Of a DNA stretch of 64,000 nt, positions 46,510 to 59,099 are shown piece after piece. The notes beneath the pieces are model-generated. The model saw nothing but the letters and a program-made list of their open reading frames with translations, was not told where the DNA came from and did no database searches. The first letter of the stretch is position 1. Each line of letters starts with the position of its first letter. Position numbers and translations under genes: made by a program. Origin of the DNA: Leucoraja erinacea (Eukaryota); assembly GCF_028641065.1 (NCBI RefSeq), contig NC_073391.1, positions 5,332,001 through 5,396,000 of the forward strand. The letters run 5' to 3'.

Positions 46510-47395
46510 CAGGCCTTACATTAGCATCAAGGCCAACAGGGCCACCAGGAGCTGCCCCTATCAGCAGGAGAGTAGCAACAGCACCAGGAGCACCTAGAGG
46601 CCCTGTGCCCATCACCAGGAGCATGCACAACAGGACCAGGATTAACAGCAGCAGCAAGCCTTTAGTTTATAGATACAATGCCGAAACAGGCCCTTCGGCC
46701 CACCGAGTCCACGTCGACCAGTGATCCCTGCACACTTACACTATCCTACACACAATAGGGACAATTTACAATTATTCCAGGCCTATTAACCTTCAAACCT
46801 GAACGTCTTTGGAGTGTGGGTGGAAACCGAAGATCCCGGATCAAACCCACGTGGGTCACTAGGAGAACGTTAAAGCTCCGTTCAGACAAGCCCCCGTAGT
46901 CAGGATCGAGTCCGGGTGTCAGGCGCTGTTAGGCAGCAGCTCTACAGCAGCTCTACCGCTGCACCACCGTGCCGCCCAGCAGATGTACCGGCATCAGTAT
47001 CAGCAAGAACAGTGATGTAATGCACGCTGCGGAAGCACCAAGAAGATGAGCAGATTCTACGCCGGAAGGATGAGCGGCAGCAACAGGCCTTGCACCAACA
47101 GAAAACACAGGCCTACACCTGGGGCACAGGTAGAAGGTCCAGGCAGAAGCAGCAGAGGCAGCAGTAGTGCAGCACCAGCAGAGAACACAGGTCTGCACAG
47201 CCGCACCTGAGGCCCGGGGACGAAGGTCCTGTATCAGCAGAGTTGCCCCCGGGAAGGGCAGGTCTGCACAGCCGCACCCAGATGATCGTCTAGCAGCAGA
47301 GGCAGCAACAGTTGGAGGGGTACCAACCTCGTACTCTGTGCCAGCTCAGTACCAGCCTCGGCAAGAATAGAAGCAGCAGCAAACTGGAAGCCAAT
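46476..47395. repeat. (CAG)n tract and CAG-rich degenerate repeat, split by a SINE (46662-46976, minus)
   Basis: About 11 pure CAG units at 46476-46508; recurring CAGCAGCA(A)CAGGCCT and CAGGTCTGCACAGCCGCACC words. Confidence 0.65.
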
Positions 47396-47899
47396 TCAGG
47401 ACAACCATGAGCATTTTGAGTATCCAAGCAGGACCTTCCAGCTTCAATATCAAATCTGCTGATGTTCTTATTATCCCCCCCCCCCTCCAGGCTCAGCTCC
47501 AATTCCCTGCAGGCAATGAGCCAGGGGACTCTAGGGGTTAAACACACATCGCTGGAATCCCAGCCATCCATATTCGCAGTTACTTTGCATCTAGTGTTGA
47601 TCTACCCTGCATGTAGTTTAGTTGATGGCTGCATTTGATGCACCATGCAGACGGGCATTGCTTGCATAAGCAATGCCAATATTTCTTGGCCTGCTGCAAC
47701 ATGGCATGTTCAGGATGGAATAGACCAACCCCGCTGGAATTGTGCTGAATGGAACATGGGTCAGCCTCATCTTCTGCTTCATGAAGACTGCTCATCAATA
47801 ACCCCGAGACACTCTTCATCATCAAACTGAGCTGATTTTGAGTCGGAAGGAACTGCAGATGTTGGTTGTAAGCTGCCCCAGCAAAATATGACTTGCTGT

Positions 47900-48372
47900 T
47901 GTTCCGGGTTGCTAAACAGTGTAACTCCCCCTCCCATTCGCACGCCGACCTTTCAGTCCTGCGCCTCCTCCACTGCCAGAATGAGGGGAAACACAAATTG
48001 GAGGAACAGCAGCTCATATTTTGCTTTGGCAGCTTACAACCCAGCGGTATGAAAGTGATTTCCCTAAACAAGTAATCCTCGCTTTCCCTCTCTCTGTGTC
48101 CCTTCCCCACCCTCTTGATTAATTTTACTGTTTGTCTGCCTTGTTGTCACCTTCCATTCATCCACCAATAAACCATTTTACATATCCTTGAACATCATCT
48201 GCTTTGATCTGTTCTTTTTCACACCGAACACATTCTTTGTATTCTTCCATATCTCGTTTCCCTCTCCCTTGACTCTCAGTCTGAAGACTGGTTTCATCCC
48301 TAAACGTCACCCATGCCTTCTCTCCAGCGATGCTGCCTGTCCCGCTGAGTTACTGCAGCAATTTGTGTCCAT
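47900..48372 (+). mobile_element. Penelope-like 3' remnant plus terminal repeat
   Basis: Same sequence as 22370-22740 (LEEQQLIFCFGSLQPSGM), followed by AGTCTGAAGA terminal segment. Confidence 0.78.
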
Positions 48373-48884
48373 GTTGCGCTGACTTTGAAATTCCTATGGG
48401 ATCTAACGTGACCTTTCCACGACTCATTCCTCTTTGAATTTCCTCACACGTGACGTGTCGGTCACCAAGTGAAACTGACGTGTGAATAGTGGAACTGTTG
48501 TGTGGTCTACATGAGTTCTGTGTCTGTGAGCGATATCCTCTATGGAATCATCATTGCCGTATGCAATCTGGATCCAATTCATTGGCATGTCTAAATGCAC
48601 TGCAGGAAATCAAAGAATAAATGAAAGGAGACAAGGAACGAATATTTGAGGTTGTGATTATGTGGATCATTTTATTTCACTCAGCACTGACATCAAGTCA
48701 ACATGAATAAGTAACCTCCACCAAGTGGCAGACAGCTACGGTATTTAATTCATTCTCCAGGTAGCTAGAAAGATCCCGTGTCTTCACCAGGCTGAGTATG
48801 GGCAGCAACCCAGTACTCATACACCCCCTCATTCACACACATTCCTAGAAATTGAACTTTGCAACAGAAAACATCATCGTTTTT

Positions 48885-49015
48885 ATAGTCTGAAGAAGGG
48901 CTTCGACCCGAAACATTGCCTATTTCCTTCGCTCCATAGATGCTGCCTCACCCGCTGACTTTCTCCAGCATTTTTGTCTACCTTCGATTTTCCAGCATCC
49001 GCAGTTCCTTCTTAA
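48885..49015 (+). ncRNA. Penelope-terminus-derived repeat with minimal hammerhead-ribozyme-like core
   Basis: CTGAAGA (48890-48896), stem GGG/CCC, GAAA (48910-48913), CATT, fitting CUGANGA-stem II-GAAA-NUH. Activity not shown. Confidence 0.5.
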
Positions 49016-50573
49016 ATAGTTTTTATTTTGTTGCGGTTGATAACTCTCGCAATACCTGAAGACCTGATGTGTTTTCTCTTTTGCTCTTGAGCAAGTTCAA
49101 TATGGAAGTCACCTCAAGAACAAATCTTTGGATAAAATGCATTTTTAAATGTATACTCTAAATTAAGTGCATCTGGCTTCCTCTCTGCCTCCACCATCTC
49201 TACCCTAGACATATTGTATTAACTAAGATAATCTGAGCACTTAAATCCTTCACATTATCTGTTGTATAATTTGTTATGCCCTGCCTGAAGCCTCTTTGTT
49301 TAAACCTCTTTGACATTGGGACTCTCCTGTACTCAAAATCACTATGTGCCAGCTCTCTGGCACTCAATCTAATGTAACTACCATTTGGTGTTACATGGGC
49401 ACCAAACTCCTCAGATAGACACAAAATACTAGAGTAATTCAGCGGGATAGGAAGCATCTCTGGAGAGGAATGGGTGAAGTTTTGGGATAACATAGAACTT
49501 GGTTAACTGATGGTCGGTGTGGATAGTAGGCTGAACGGCCTGTTTCTATACTGTTTTTCTAAATTGAACTAAACTAAGCTCTGTGGCAGAGCTAGCATCT
49601 GCTGCTGTAAGGCAGCAACTCTACCACTGTGCCTCTGTGCCGCAGATAAGAAAAGCACATCAGTTAAAGAAATATGGAAAAGTGTAGTGAGTTGGTTTGT
49701 ATTGTTTGTGAATGATAACTGCAAAGAAAAAAGCTATTTGTGTTGTTCTTCCCTGGTGCATTCTACTCATGATTTATTTGCTTTTAATTTATTAGATGCC
49801 AGTTAATTTAGTAGAAAATTAGTATTGAATCAAGATGGCCTTTATTTATCCCTTGAAGATCTGACATTCTGACTGCTTCAGGTGCGCTGCTCTGGAAAGG
49901 TGTGAAACTGGAGACATGCACGGACTACAGACTTTTAATTATAGAGATGAATAACCTATTTTTAAATGATGATACAGAAGGACATATTTTCAGGACTTTG
50001 CTATCAACAGGGAACATTGCCTGCCAGCTGTGCATATAAAGAAATCAGAATCATGCACCACTTCATCTTTCTCTTTGCATGGTTTGCTCCGGCAACGAGC
50101 TGGCACAAACCTAATGTGTCAAATGGCTTCCTTCTGTGCTGTGAACTTCTAAACTTCATGGTCCTGTACCTGGCAACATTCCCCGCTGACACTGTGGAAT
50201 GGGGATTTTATTTCAACATCAGATGTAATTTGCATGCTTGTCGTTCTATCTGTGGAACACTATGAGAGGGGTAAGTAGATGAAAGATAAGTTTTTGTTTT
50301 TTATTTTGGAAACATCGACTGAATAAGTGAAGGTACATGAAGTGCCGCAGCCTAGGCTTCGAGCTGTTTAAGTAATGAATTCGGGAAGGATTTAGAGCAC
50401 TATGGAAAGAGCAGTTCTCAAAAAATCTCCTTGGCATCTGTCTACCTTATATCGGGGCACTGTTGCTGCTTGGGCACTTTGGAGTTAAAATGGGAAATTA
50501 GGAAAAAACAGAATTTGTTCCTTCCACTAGGAACCACCATGACTCCAGAGATGGACACAAAATGTTGGAGTAA

Positions 50574-50811
50574 AGGGCCTGTCCCACTTTCACGACCTAA
50601 TTCAAGACCTTTTGGACTCGTGGACATTTTTCATCATGCTTGAAAAAACGCCCCGACCTACTTGATGCCACGAGAACCTACAACTAGCATCACAGCCTGC
50701 TACGACCTTCTTACCACCTCCTACGACCTCGTGACGACCTTGCTGCGAGTATGAGTCAAGGGCAAACTCGGCAAAGGTTGTGAATTAGGTCGTGAAAGTG
50801 GGACAGGCCCT
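50574..50811. mobile_element. Harbinger-type MITE inserted in a Penelope-derived repeat
   Basis: AGGGCCTGTCCCACTTTCACGACCTAATTCA TIR and its complement; inserted at GGAG-TAA. Confidence 0.82.
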
Positions 50812-51391
50812 TACACACAGCGGACAGGAATTCCTTCTCTCCAGAGATGCTGTCTGTCCCGCTGAGTTATTGCAGCATTTTTCATCTATTAGCGGTGTAA
50901 AGCAGCATCTGCAGTTCCTTCCTACACCATGCCTCCAGCAGGAATGGGCTTCAAACACTCATACTGGTATATACATAAAATACTCTGACAGCTCTTCACA
51001 AATTTGTGATCCCTATTATCAAGAAAGACAATAATAGCAAGCACAAGACTCCTTCCAGATCATGCACTATTCTATTTTGGAAATAAATTGTCTTTCTTTC
51101 GTTGCTGTGGGTTTAAATCCTTGATCTCTCCACTTCAAAGACAATAGCGGTTCAAGCAGATGGTTCCCCATCACCTTCTCAAGGGCAATTAGGAATCAGA
51201 AATGAACACTGCTCCTGGCAGCTATGCCCACATCAGATAAATGACTGCATTTAAAGAAGGAATCGAAAGCCAATATATATTGATGCTCCCGACATGAAAA
51301 ATGTGTGTCTCATGGACTCTTGTGTAAGTCAGATCTTACGTAATTTAGAAACAGAAGTGCTACTGCACAAGCATAAATTTACCATTCAACA

Positions 51392-51620
51392 CGGAGACCA
51401 CATGGGAGCTCCATCGCAGAGACCACGGGGGAGGTCTGACATGGAGACCACATGGGAGCTCCGCATGGAGCCCATTGAGGGAGCTCCATCGCAGAGGCCA
51501 CGGGGGAGGTCTGACATGGAGGCCACATGGGAGCTCCGCATGGAGCCCATTGAGGGAGCTCCATCGCAGAGGCCACGGGGGAGGTCTGACGTGGAGACCA
51601 AGTGGGAGATCTGACATGTG
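51392..51620. repeat. 75-bp minisatellite (two full and two partial units)
   Basis: Units start at 51440 and 51515 (CATGGAG(A/G)CCACATGGGAGCTCCGCATGGAGCCCATTGAGGGAGCTCCATCGCAGAGGCCACGGGGGAGGTCTGA). Confidence 0.88.
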
Positions 51621-52769
51621 GGCATCAGTGGACTTAAAGAATGCTTACGTAATTACAAGTTTATGTAAGTCACCTATTATGTAAGTCGGGAATTCCCTGA
51701 ATTTGAACATATTAGTACATTTAAAATAGTATAATTTGCTAATATTGTATAATTTGTTTTCCATGCCAGATTATATATTTGGATTTGAAATATAAAATAA
51801 ATTATGTAAAAATAATGAATGTTCTCATGCAATAGCAGCATAGCAGTAACAACAGGTTGCTAGACTCTATTTACATATATGTTGGGGGGGGGGGGGACTG
51901 ATATATTAATGAGATGTTTTTTTTTTATCTTTTAATGTAATTCAGCATTGAAACAAACCCTTTGGCCCAACTCATCCATGCCAACTAGGTTTTATAGTTC
52001 AGCAAGTCCCAATTGCCAGCAGTTGGCACATCTCCCTCTAAACCTTTCCTAGTCATGTAGCTATGTGAATGTCTTTCAATTATTCTCATTGTACCTGCCT
52101 CCACATTGGCTTGGTAGGAATGTAAATTGTCCCTAGTGTGTGTAGGGTAGTGTCAATGTATGGGGATCACTGGCCGGCGTGGACTCTGTGTACCGAAGGC
52201 CCTGTTACCTCGCTGTACCTCTACACTAAACTAAACTAAAACTTTCATAAATTGTAATCCAAATGACTCATATGGGTGACAAACAACAGTGGACCCGACG
52301 CAGGCAGCTGTCAGCAAACTGCAGTCCTCTAATCAGAAAGACCATTCTTCAGCGTTGGCCTTTGACACCTTTCACCAAGCCTGGAGTCCAGTTGGTTGTC
52401 CCTCTGAATCCCATCCAGCCACATGCCCACCACTGATGCCAGGCTCATTTGTCTATAGTTAACTGACTAGTCTTTGCACCCCTTCCTAAAAAGAGGTACA
52501 ACTTTAACCACCCTCCATTTTTTGGAACCTTACCATAGCTAAAAGTGTTGATACACATATCTCTGCTGGACCCCCCGTGGTTTCTTCCCTAACTCTCACA
52601 ATATCTGAGGATACACTCAGTCAGGCCTTGGGGATTGATCAAGACAGGCAGCATCTCTGGATAGAAGGAATGGCTGGCGTTTTGGGTTGAGACCCTTTTT
52701 CAGACTGGGTCTTGACCCAAATCGTCACCCAATCCTTCTATCCAGAGATGCTTCTTGTCTTTGCTTCTT

Positions 52770-53385
52770 GTAGGAGCAGGGAGGTTCTACTGCAGTTGTA
52801 CAGGGTATTGGTGAGACCACACCTGGAGTATTGTGTACAGTTTTGGTCTCCAAATCTGAGCAAAGACATTCTTGCCATAGAGGGAGTACAGAGAAGGTTC
52901 ACCAGTCTGATTCCTGGGATGTCAGGACTTTCATATGAAGAAAGACTGGATAGACTCGGCTTGTACTCGCTAGAATTTAGAAGATTGAGGGGGGATCTTA
53001 TAGAAACTTACCAAATTCTTAAGGGGTTGGACAAGCTAGATGCAGGAAGATTGTTCCCGATGTTGGGAAAGTCCAGGACAAGGGTTCACAGTTTAAGGAT
53101 AAAGGGGAAATCCTTTAGGACCGAGATGAGAAAAACATTTTTCACAGAGAGTGGTGAATCTCTGGAACTCTCTGCCACAGAAGGTAGTTGAGGCCAGTTC
53201 ATTGGCTATATTTAAGAAGGGGGTTAGATGTGACCCTTGTGGCTAAAGGGATCAGGGGGTATGGAGAGAAGGCAGGTACTGGATACTGAGTTGGATGATC
53301 AGCCATGATCATATTGAATGGCGGTGCAGGCTCAAAGGGCCGAATGGCCTACTCCTGCACCTAATTTCTATGTTTCTATGTTTCT
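52770..53385 (+). mobile_element. CR1 3' fragment inserted in a Penelope-derived repeat
   Basis: REVLLQLYRVLVRPHLEYCVQFWSP...; (TTTCTATG)n tail; the host repeat resumes at TGTCCCGCTGAGTTA. Confidence 0.88.
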
Positions 53386-53480
53386 GTGTCCCGCTGAGTT
53401 ATTCCAGCATTTTGTGTCTATCTTTAGTGTAAACCAGCTTCTGCAATTCCTTCCTACACCTTACGGATTCATCCCCCTTA

Positions 53481-53712
53481 AGGGCCTGTCCCACTTAGGC
53501 ATTATTTGCGCGTCATTTACGCGACATCATTTACGCGTCCCGACGCACGACGCGACATCATTTACTGGTCACGCGCGCGTGGAGCGTGGTGTAATATGGT
53601 GGCGTAGGCAGTGACGTGCGATCGCTCGCGGCGCCCCAGGACTTTGGGATTCACAAAATCTTCGCGCGCCACCTGCGTGACGTGCAAATGACGCCCAAGT
53701 GGGACAGGCCCT
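53481..53712. mobile_element. Harbinger-type MITE
   Basis: AGGGCCTGTCCCACTT ... AAGTGGGACAGGCCCT; exact TSD TTA (53478-53480, 53713-53715). Confidence 0.88.
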
Positions 53713-54202
53713 TTAGTATTCATGAAGACTGCCAGCATCTAGTCCTTTATAATTTAGATGTAGTTAAAAAAGAATCACTACTCATATACGTCCCCACAAT
53801 ACCTTCGCTTCCTTGACCTTCTTCACAGTAACTACAGATGAGAAGTACTCACCTAACTCCTGGCCCATCTCCTGTGCGTGACACTAATGTGACTATGTTG
53901 ATCTTTAAGGGGCCTTTTTTCTTCTTTGTTACTTTTTGCTGTTAATATTTCTATGGAATCTCTTAGAACCTTTCTTTATCTTGCTGGCTTGAGCTATCTA
54001 ACGTCCTCACTTTGCCCCAATTATTCTCTTAAATATAGTCCTACATTTCTTGTATTCCTGAAGCGACTTGTTTTATCCCAGTTGACGATACCTGACATAT
54101 GCCTCCTTTTCTTAGACTTGATCCTCAATGGCAAGGAAGATACGATAGTGCCATTTAAGAGATGTTTGGATAGACATATGGTTATGTCAGGAAAGGAGGG
54201 AT

Positions 54203-54705
54203 ATGTTCCGTGTTCTATGTTCCATGTTCCATGTTCTGTGTTCCATGTTCTACAGTATGTTCCATGTTCTATGCTCTATGTTCTATGCTCTATGTTCTAT
54301 GCTCTATGTTCTATGCTCTATGTTCTGTGTTCTGTGTTCTGTGTTCTGTGTTCTGTATTCTATGTTCCGTGTTCTATCTTCTGCATTCCGTGTTCTACAG
54401 TATGTTCCATGTTCTATGTTCTGTGTTCATGTGTTCTATGTTCTATGTTCGTGTGTTCTGTGTTCTGTGTTCTGTGTTCCGTGTTCCGTGTTCCGTGTTC
54501 TATGTTCTGTGTTCCATGCTCTATGCTCTATGTTCCATGTTTTATGTTCTGTGTTCGTGTGTTCTATGTTCTACGTTCTGTGTTCTGTGTTCCGTGTTCC
54601 GTGTTCCATGTTCTGTGTTCTGTGTTCTGTGTTCTCTTTTCTGTGTTCCGTGTTCCGTGTTCTGTGTTGTGTGTTCCATGTTGTGTGTTCCGTGTTCCGT
54701 GTTCT
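54203..54705. repeat. 7-bp (TGTTC[TC][AG]) minisatellite
   Basis: About 500 bp of TGTTCTA/TGTTCCG/TGTTCTG units directly after a degenerate CR1 3' end; probably an expanded LINE tail. Confidence 0.9.
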
Positions 54706-55340
54706 AACCAGCATCGCTCAGTCAACTTCTGCAAGTTCCTTTCTAATACACTCAAAATTGGTCTTGCCCAATTGCAGACTTCAACATGTGGACTAGTCCT
54801 AACTACTTCCATAATTATTAAAAAACAACTATGTTCGCTGGTTCCATTATGTTCCCCCAATGACATTTCAATCACTACCCAGACTTATTCCCTATTCAGA
54901 GGTCCCATGTTTCACTCTCTCTAGTAAGGACCTCTGTAGGTTGTTTCGCAAACCTTTCCTGCACATCCTTAAGAAATTCCACCTTGTGCAAGCCCTATGC
55001 ATTATTGGATTCCAAATCAATATGAGGAAAGTTAAAATCACCTACAATTACAAACCTATTGTTCTTACAGCGATCCATGCTCTCTGCATATTTGTTCCTC
55101 TAATTCTTGCTGACTATTAGAGGTCCTATCATACAATGACTTCAAAAAAAATCATCACTTTTTTCCTTTGTTCCACCCATATAGCCTCATTGGATGATAC
55201 ACCAAGAATATCGTCTCCGAGTACTGCTTGGATGTCCGCCCTTATCAAAATCCCCCCCCCCCCCCCCCTCCCCCTCCTCTCCCACCTGCAACTCTACCAT
55301 ACCAGTAGCTTTGCCAATCCTGGTCTTCACTGAGCCATAT

Positions 55341-58300
55341 AATGAATGAATGAATCTCTTTATTGTCATTGCACATGGTACAACGAAATTTAAAAGTCAA
55401 TCCCACGGTGCGATTCACAAGAGCAATATTTAAAAATATAAGAAAAGGTAAAAATATATACATATTAAAAAAAAATTACAGATAAATAACAATAGCAGCT
55501 GAGGTAGAACCATTCAGTTGAATGTGAGTGTTATTTCTTATTTTGCATTGTTAAGTTCACGTATGGCTATGGGGTAGAAGCTATCTCTGCGTCTGTTTGT
55601 GCGAGTTTTGAAAGACCTGTACCGTCTGCCAGAGGGCAGCAGGTGGAACAGGTTGTGTCCAGGGTGGGAAGGGTCCTTTAGGATGTTGGCTGCCCTGCCA
55701 AGGCAGCGAGAGCTGAAGATGACTTTCAGGGAAGGCAGTGGGCAGCCAGTGATTTTTTGTGCGGTGTTGATGACCCTTTGAAGGGCTCTCCTGTCCGCTG
55801 CAGAGCAGCTGGCATACCATGTGGTTATACAGTACACCAGCACACTCTCGATGGAGCAGTGGTAGAAGGACACCAGCAGCTTCTCCTCCAGTTTGTTTTT
55901 CCTGAGGATCCTCAGAAAGTAGAGTCGCTGCTGGGCCTTCTTGACTGCTGTGGTGGTGTTTGTAGTCCAGGAGAGATCCTCCGTAATTTGTGTGCCCAGG
56001 AATCTGAAGTCTGAGACCCTTTCCACACAGTCCCCATTGATGAATAGGGGTTTGGGGGCTGCACTGTTCTTACGGAAGTCTATGATAATTTCCTTTGTTT
56101 TTGTGGTGTTTAGGATGAGGTTGTTGTCTGAACACCACGCTGCCAGTCTTTGGACTTCCTCCCTGTAGGCTGTCTCATCTCCTCCTGAGATACGTCCAAC
56201 CACAGTCGTGTCGTCCGCAAACTTGACGATGGAGTTGGTGGAGTGGGCGGGGGCACAATCGTGGGTGTAGAGGGCGTAGAGGAGGGGGCTCAACACACAG
56301 CCCTGTGGGGAGCCGGTGCTGAGTGTGATGGGGGTGGAGAGGTGATGGCCCAGTCTGACGGTCTGGGGGCGGTTAGACAGAAAGTCCTTGATCCAGAGGC
56401 AGATGGGTTGGGAGAGTCCTAAATCCATGAGTTTGGTGACCAGTCTGCTGAGGATGATGGTATTAAAGGCGGAACTAAAGTCAATGAAAAGCATCCTCAC
56501 ATAGCTCCCCTGGTGTTCGAGGTGGGTCAGTGCAGTGTGAAGAGCAGTGGCGATGGCATCCTCAGTGGACCTATTTGATCTGTAGGCAAACTGGTGTGGA
56601 TCGAAGGTGGGCGGGAGGCTGGCTTTGATGTGCTGCTGGACCAGCCTCTCGAAACACTTCATGATGACTGGTGTGAGAGCGACCGGTCGGTAGTCGTTAA
56701 GGCCGCTGATAACAGGCTTTTTTGGTAGTGGGATGATTGTGGCAGACTTCAGGCACGGTGGGATGATGGATTTGGACAGGGACAGTGTAAAATGACTTGA
56801 TTCCACACAGAGTCTTTTACTATAACTATTTATTACATTTACTAATACACACTATGCAATAGCTGTCCGTGGTCATCACTGGAGCTAGAGAGCGAGCTAG
56901 AGGTGGGGACACTACAATTATACTGGAGACAATGGGGAGTGGTTAGTGGTGGGGAGGTCACTATGTTAAAGGAACATGCACTGATCTACAGACAGGTTGA
57001 AGATTTTCGTGAAGACCTCGGAGAGCTGGTCTGCACATTCCTTCAGAACCCTTCCTGTCACGCCATCCGGGCCGGCAGCCTTCCTCGGGTTCACCGCCCT
57101 GAGCACCCGCCTCACTTCATGCTCCTGCACAGTGAGGGTGTAGTTGTTGTTGTTAGGGGCTGGTGGGAGAATGGTGACGATCTCTTCTGGTTCTGCCTCG
57201 AAGCGAGCAAAGAAGCAGTTCAGCTCCTCTGCCAGTGAGGCGTGGCCGTCGGCCGTCGTGCTGTTGCTGGGCTTGTAGTTGGTGATGTGCTGGATGCCCT
57301 GCCACACCCGCCGTGGATCGTTGTTGTTAAAGTGGTCCTCTATCTTCCTCTTGTGGGCCGCTTTGGCATCCCTGATGCATTTCTTCAGGTTGGCTCTAGC
57401 AGCGCTGTACAGGGCTCTGTCGCCAGACCTGAAGGCGGTGTTGCGGTCCTTGAGGAGAGTTTGGACCTCTTTTGTCATCCACGGCTTCTGGTTGGGGTAC
57501 ACCCGGATGAAGTCTGTCGACGGTGACGTTGTCAACACAGTTCTGGATGTAAAAGAGTACCGTGGATGTGTACTCCTCCAAGTCCTGATTTCCAAAAATG
57601 TCCCAGTTTGTCCTTTCAAAGCAGTCCTGTAGCTGTGAGGAAGCTCCTTCAGGCCAAGTTTTAACAGTCCTGGTGGTGGGTTGAGCTTTTCTCCTGAGGG
57701 GGGTGTATGCTGGTGCTAAGTGAATGGATAGGTGATCCGACTGGCCTAAGCGTGGTAGTGGTGTGGCTCTAAACCCCTTCTTGATGTTTGAGTAGGCCTT
57801 GTCTAATGTATTTTCTCCCCTGATTGCACATTTGATGTGTTGTTCAAACTTGGGGAGAACTGATTTTAAGTCTGCGTGATTGAAATCACCAGCTATGATA
57901 TGGGCTGCTTTGGGGTAGGTGTTCTCTTGTTTGCTGATAGCGCTATGGAGGTAGCCTAGGGCTATGCTAGCATTAGCATCCGGTGGGATATACACAGCTG
58001 TAACTATGACCACGGTAAACTCACGTGGAAGGTAGAAAGGCCTGCATCTAACTATCAGGTACTCCAAATCAGCAGAACAGTGTCTGTCTATGATTGTGGT
58101 ATTTGTGCACCAGTTGTTATGAACGTAGATGCATAACCCCCCTCCTTTGCTCTTACGGGAGTCTTTGTTTCTATCCCAGCGAAACGCTGTGCGGCCTGCT
58201 AGCCCAATGGCTCTGTCCGGTACAAGTGCGTATAGCCACGTCTCTGTTATTAGCAGAATGCAACTGTCCGCGATGAATTTGTTTGCGGCGACCTGTAGTC

Positions 58301-58740
58301 TTAGTTCGTCCATTTTGTTGGTGATAGATCTGGCGTTGGTGAGAATGATGCTGGGTAGTGGTGGTTTATGTGGTTGTTGCCTTAGCCTAGCGAGTAGTCC
58401 GGACCAGCGACCACGCTTTTGCTTCCTGTGCCTCCTCCGTCTCCGGCGTTTGCTGGGGCCGACAACAATCCACGGAGAGCCCGGTGTCCTGGCTATCTCC
58501 TCTGGTATGTTGCGTGAATGCAGAAAAACGCACTTAACTGCCTGTTTACACTGTAATCCGATAATCAGAAGATCCTGTCGGCTGAAGGTGAGATTCGCAC
58601 GACAAAACGTAACATTGTCAAACAGACATACAAACAAAAACACACCAAAAAAGCACCGAAAGGGAGAGCTTCGAGCCGCTGCGACTGTGCGCGCCACCAT
58701 CTTGCCGCCATTCTCCTGGCTGTCACATTCCAGTCCCACA
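55341..58740 (-). mobile_element. Near full-length Rex1/Babar-like LINE (APE endonuclease + RT), disrupted
   Basis: APE motifs NARS, ETWL, GGG, YIPP, GDFN, SDH; RT motifs [29 protein letters not shown]; (TTCA)n tail near 55341. One frameshift near 57515 and a 205-bp insertion. Confidence 0.92.
56786..56990 (-). mobile_element. Solo LTR inserted in the Rex1-like LINE
   Basis: TGT...ACA termini; exact 5-bp TSD GACAG (56781-56785, 56991-56995); AATAAA on the minus strand. Removal restores the reading frame ([12 protein letters not shown]). Confidence 0.82.
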
Positions 58741-59099
58741 TAGTAGGGACAATTACGTAGAACAATATATGTAGAACAATTAGGGGCCGGTGTGTAGGAG
58801 CCATTCTTGCTTAGGCTAGTTACTGTAAGCATATTTTATTATTGTGTCTAGAAATTTCTTGCAGAATGATTTTGTACGCTTGGGGTGGGCTTTTGATACG
58901 TTGATGGGTGTGACATACATGGGATCAGGCAAGCGAAACCACAGGGAGCGGAGCGGTCAGATGGACTGGAGCCAGTACGGGAGAAGGAATACAGTTTTTA
59001 CCAGTTCAGATTGTAACAATGGAAAGCTGAGATAAAGAGGATCTGGAATGTTTAGTTTTTGCCTGTACAACTACTTCAATGAAAATCAATGAAGCTGGA

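Noticed and set aside
46365-46724. PolyS/polyL/polyQ-type ORFs at the CAG tract
   Set aside because: Intronic low-complexity repeat, interrupted by a SINE, with no splice or homology support.
51294-51684. Repetitive ORFs or CRISPR-like array
   Set aside because: Simple 75-bp tandem repeat with no unique spacers, in a eukaryotic context.
53926-54924. 332-aa Cys/Val-rich ORF and overlapping ORFs
   Set aside because: Artefact of a stop-free 7-bp minisatellite, open in all three plus frames.
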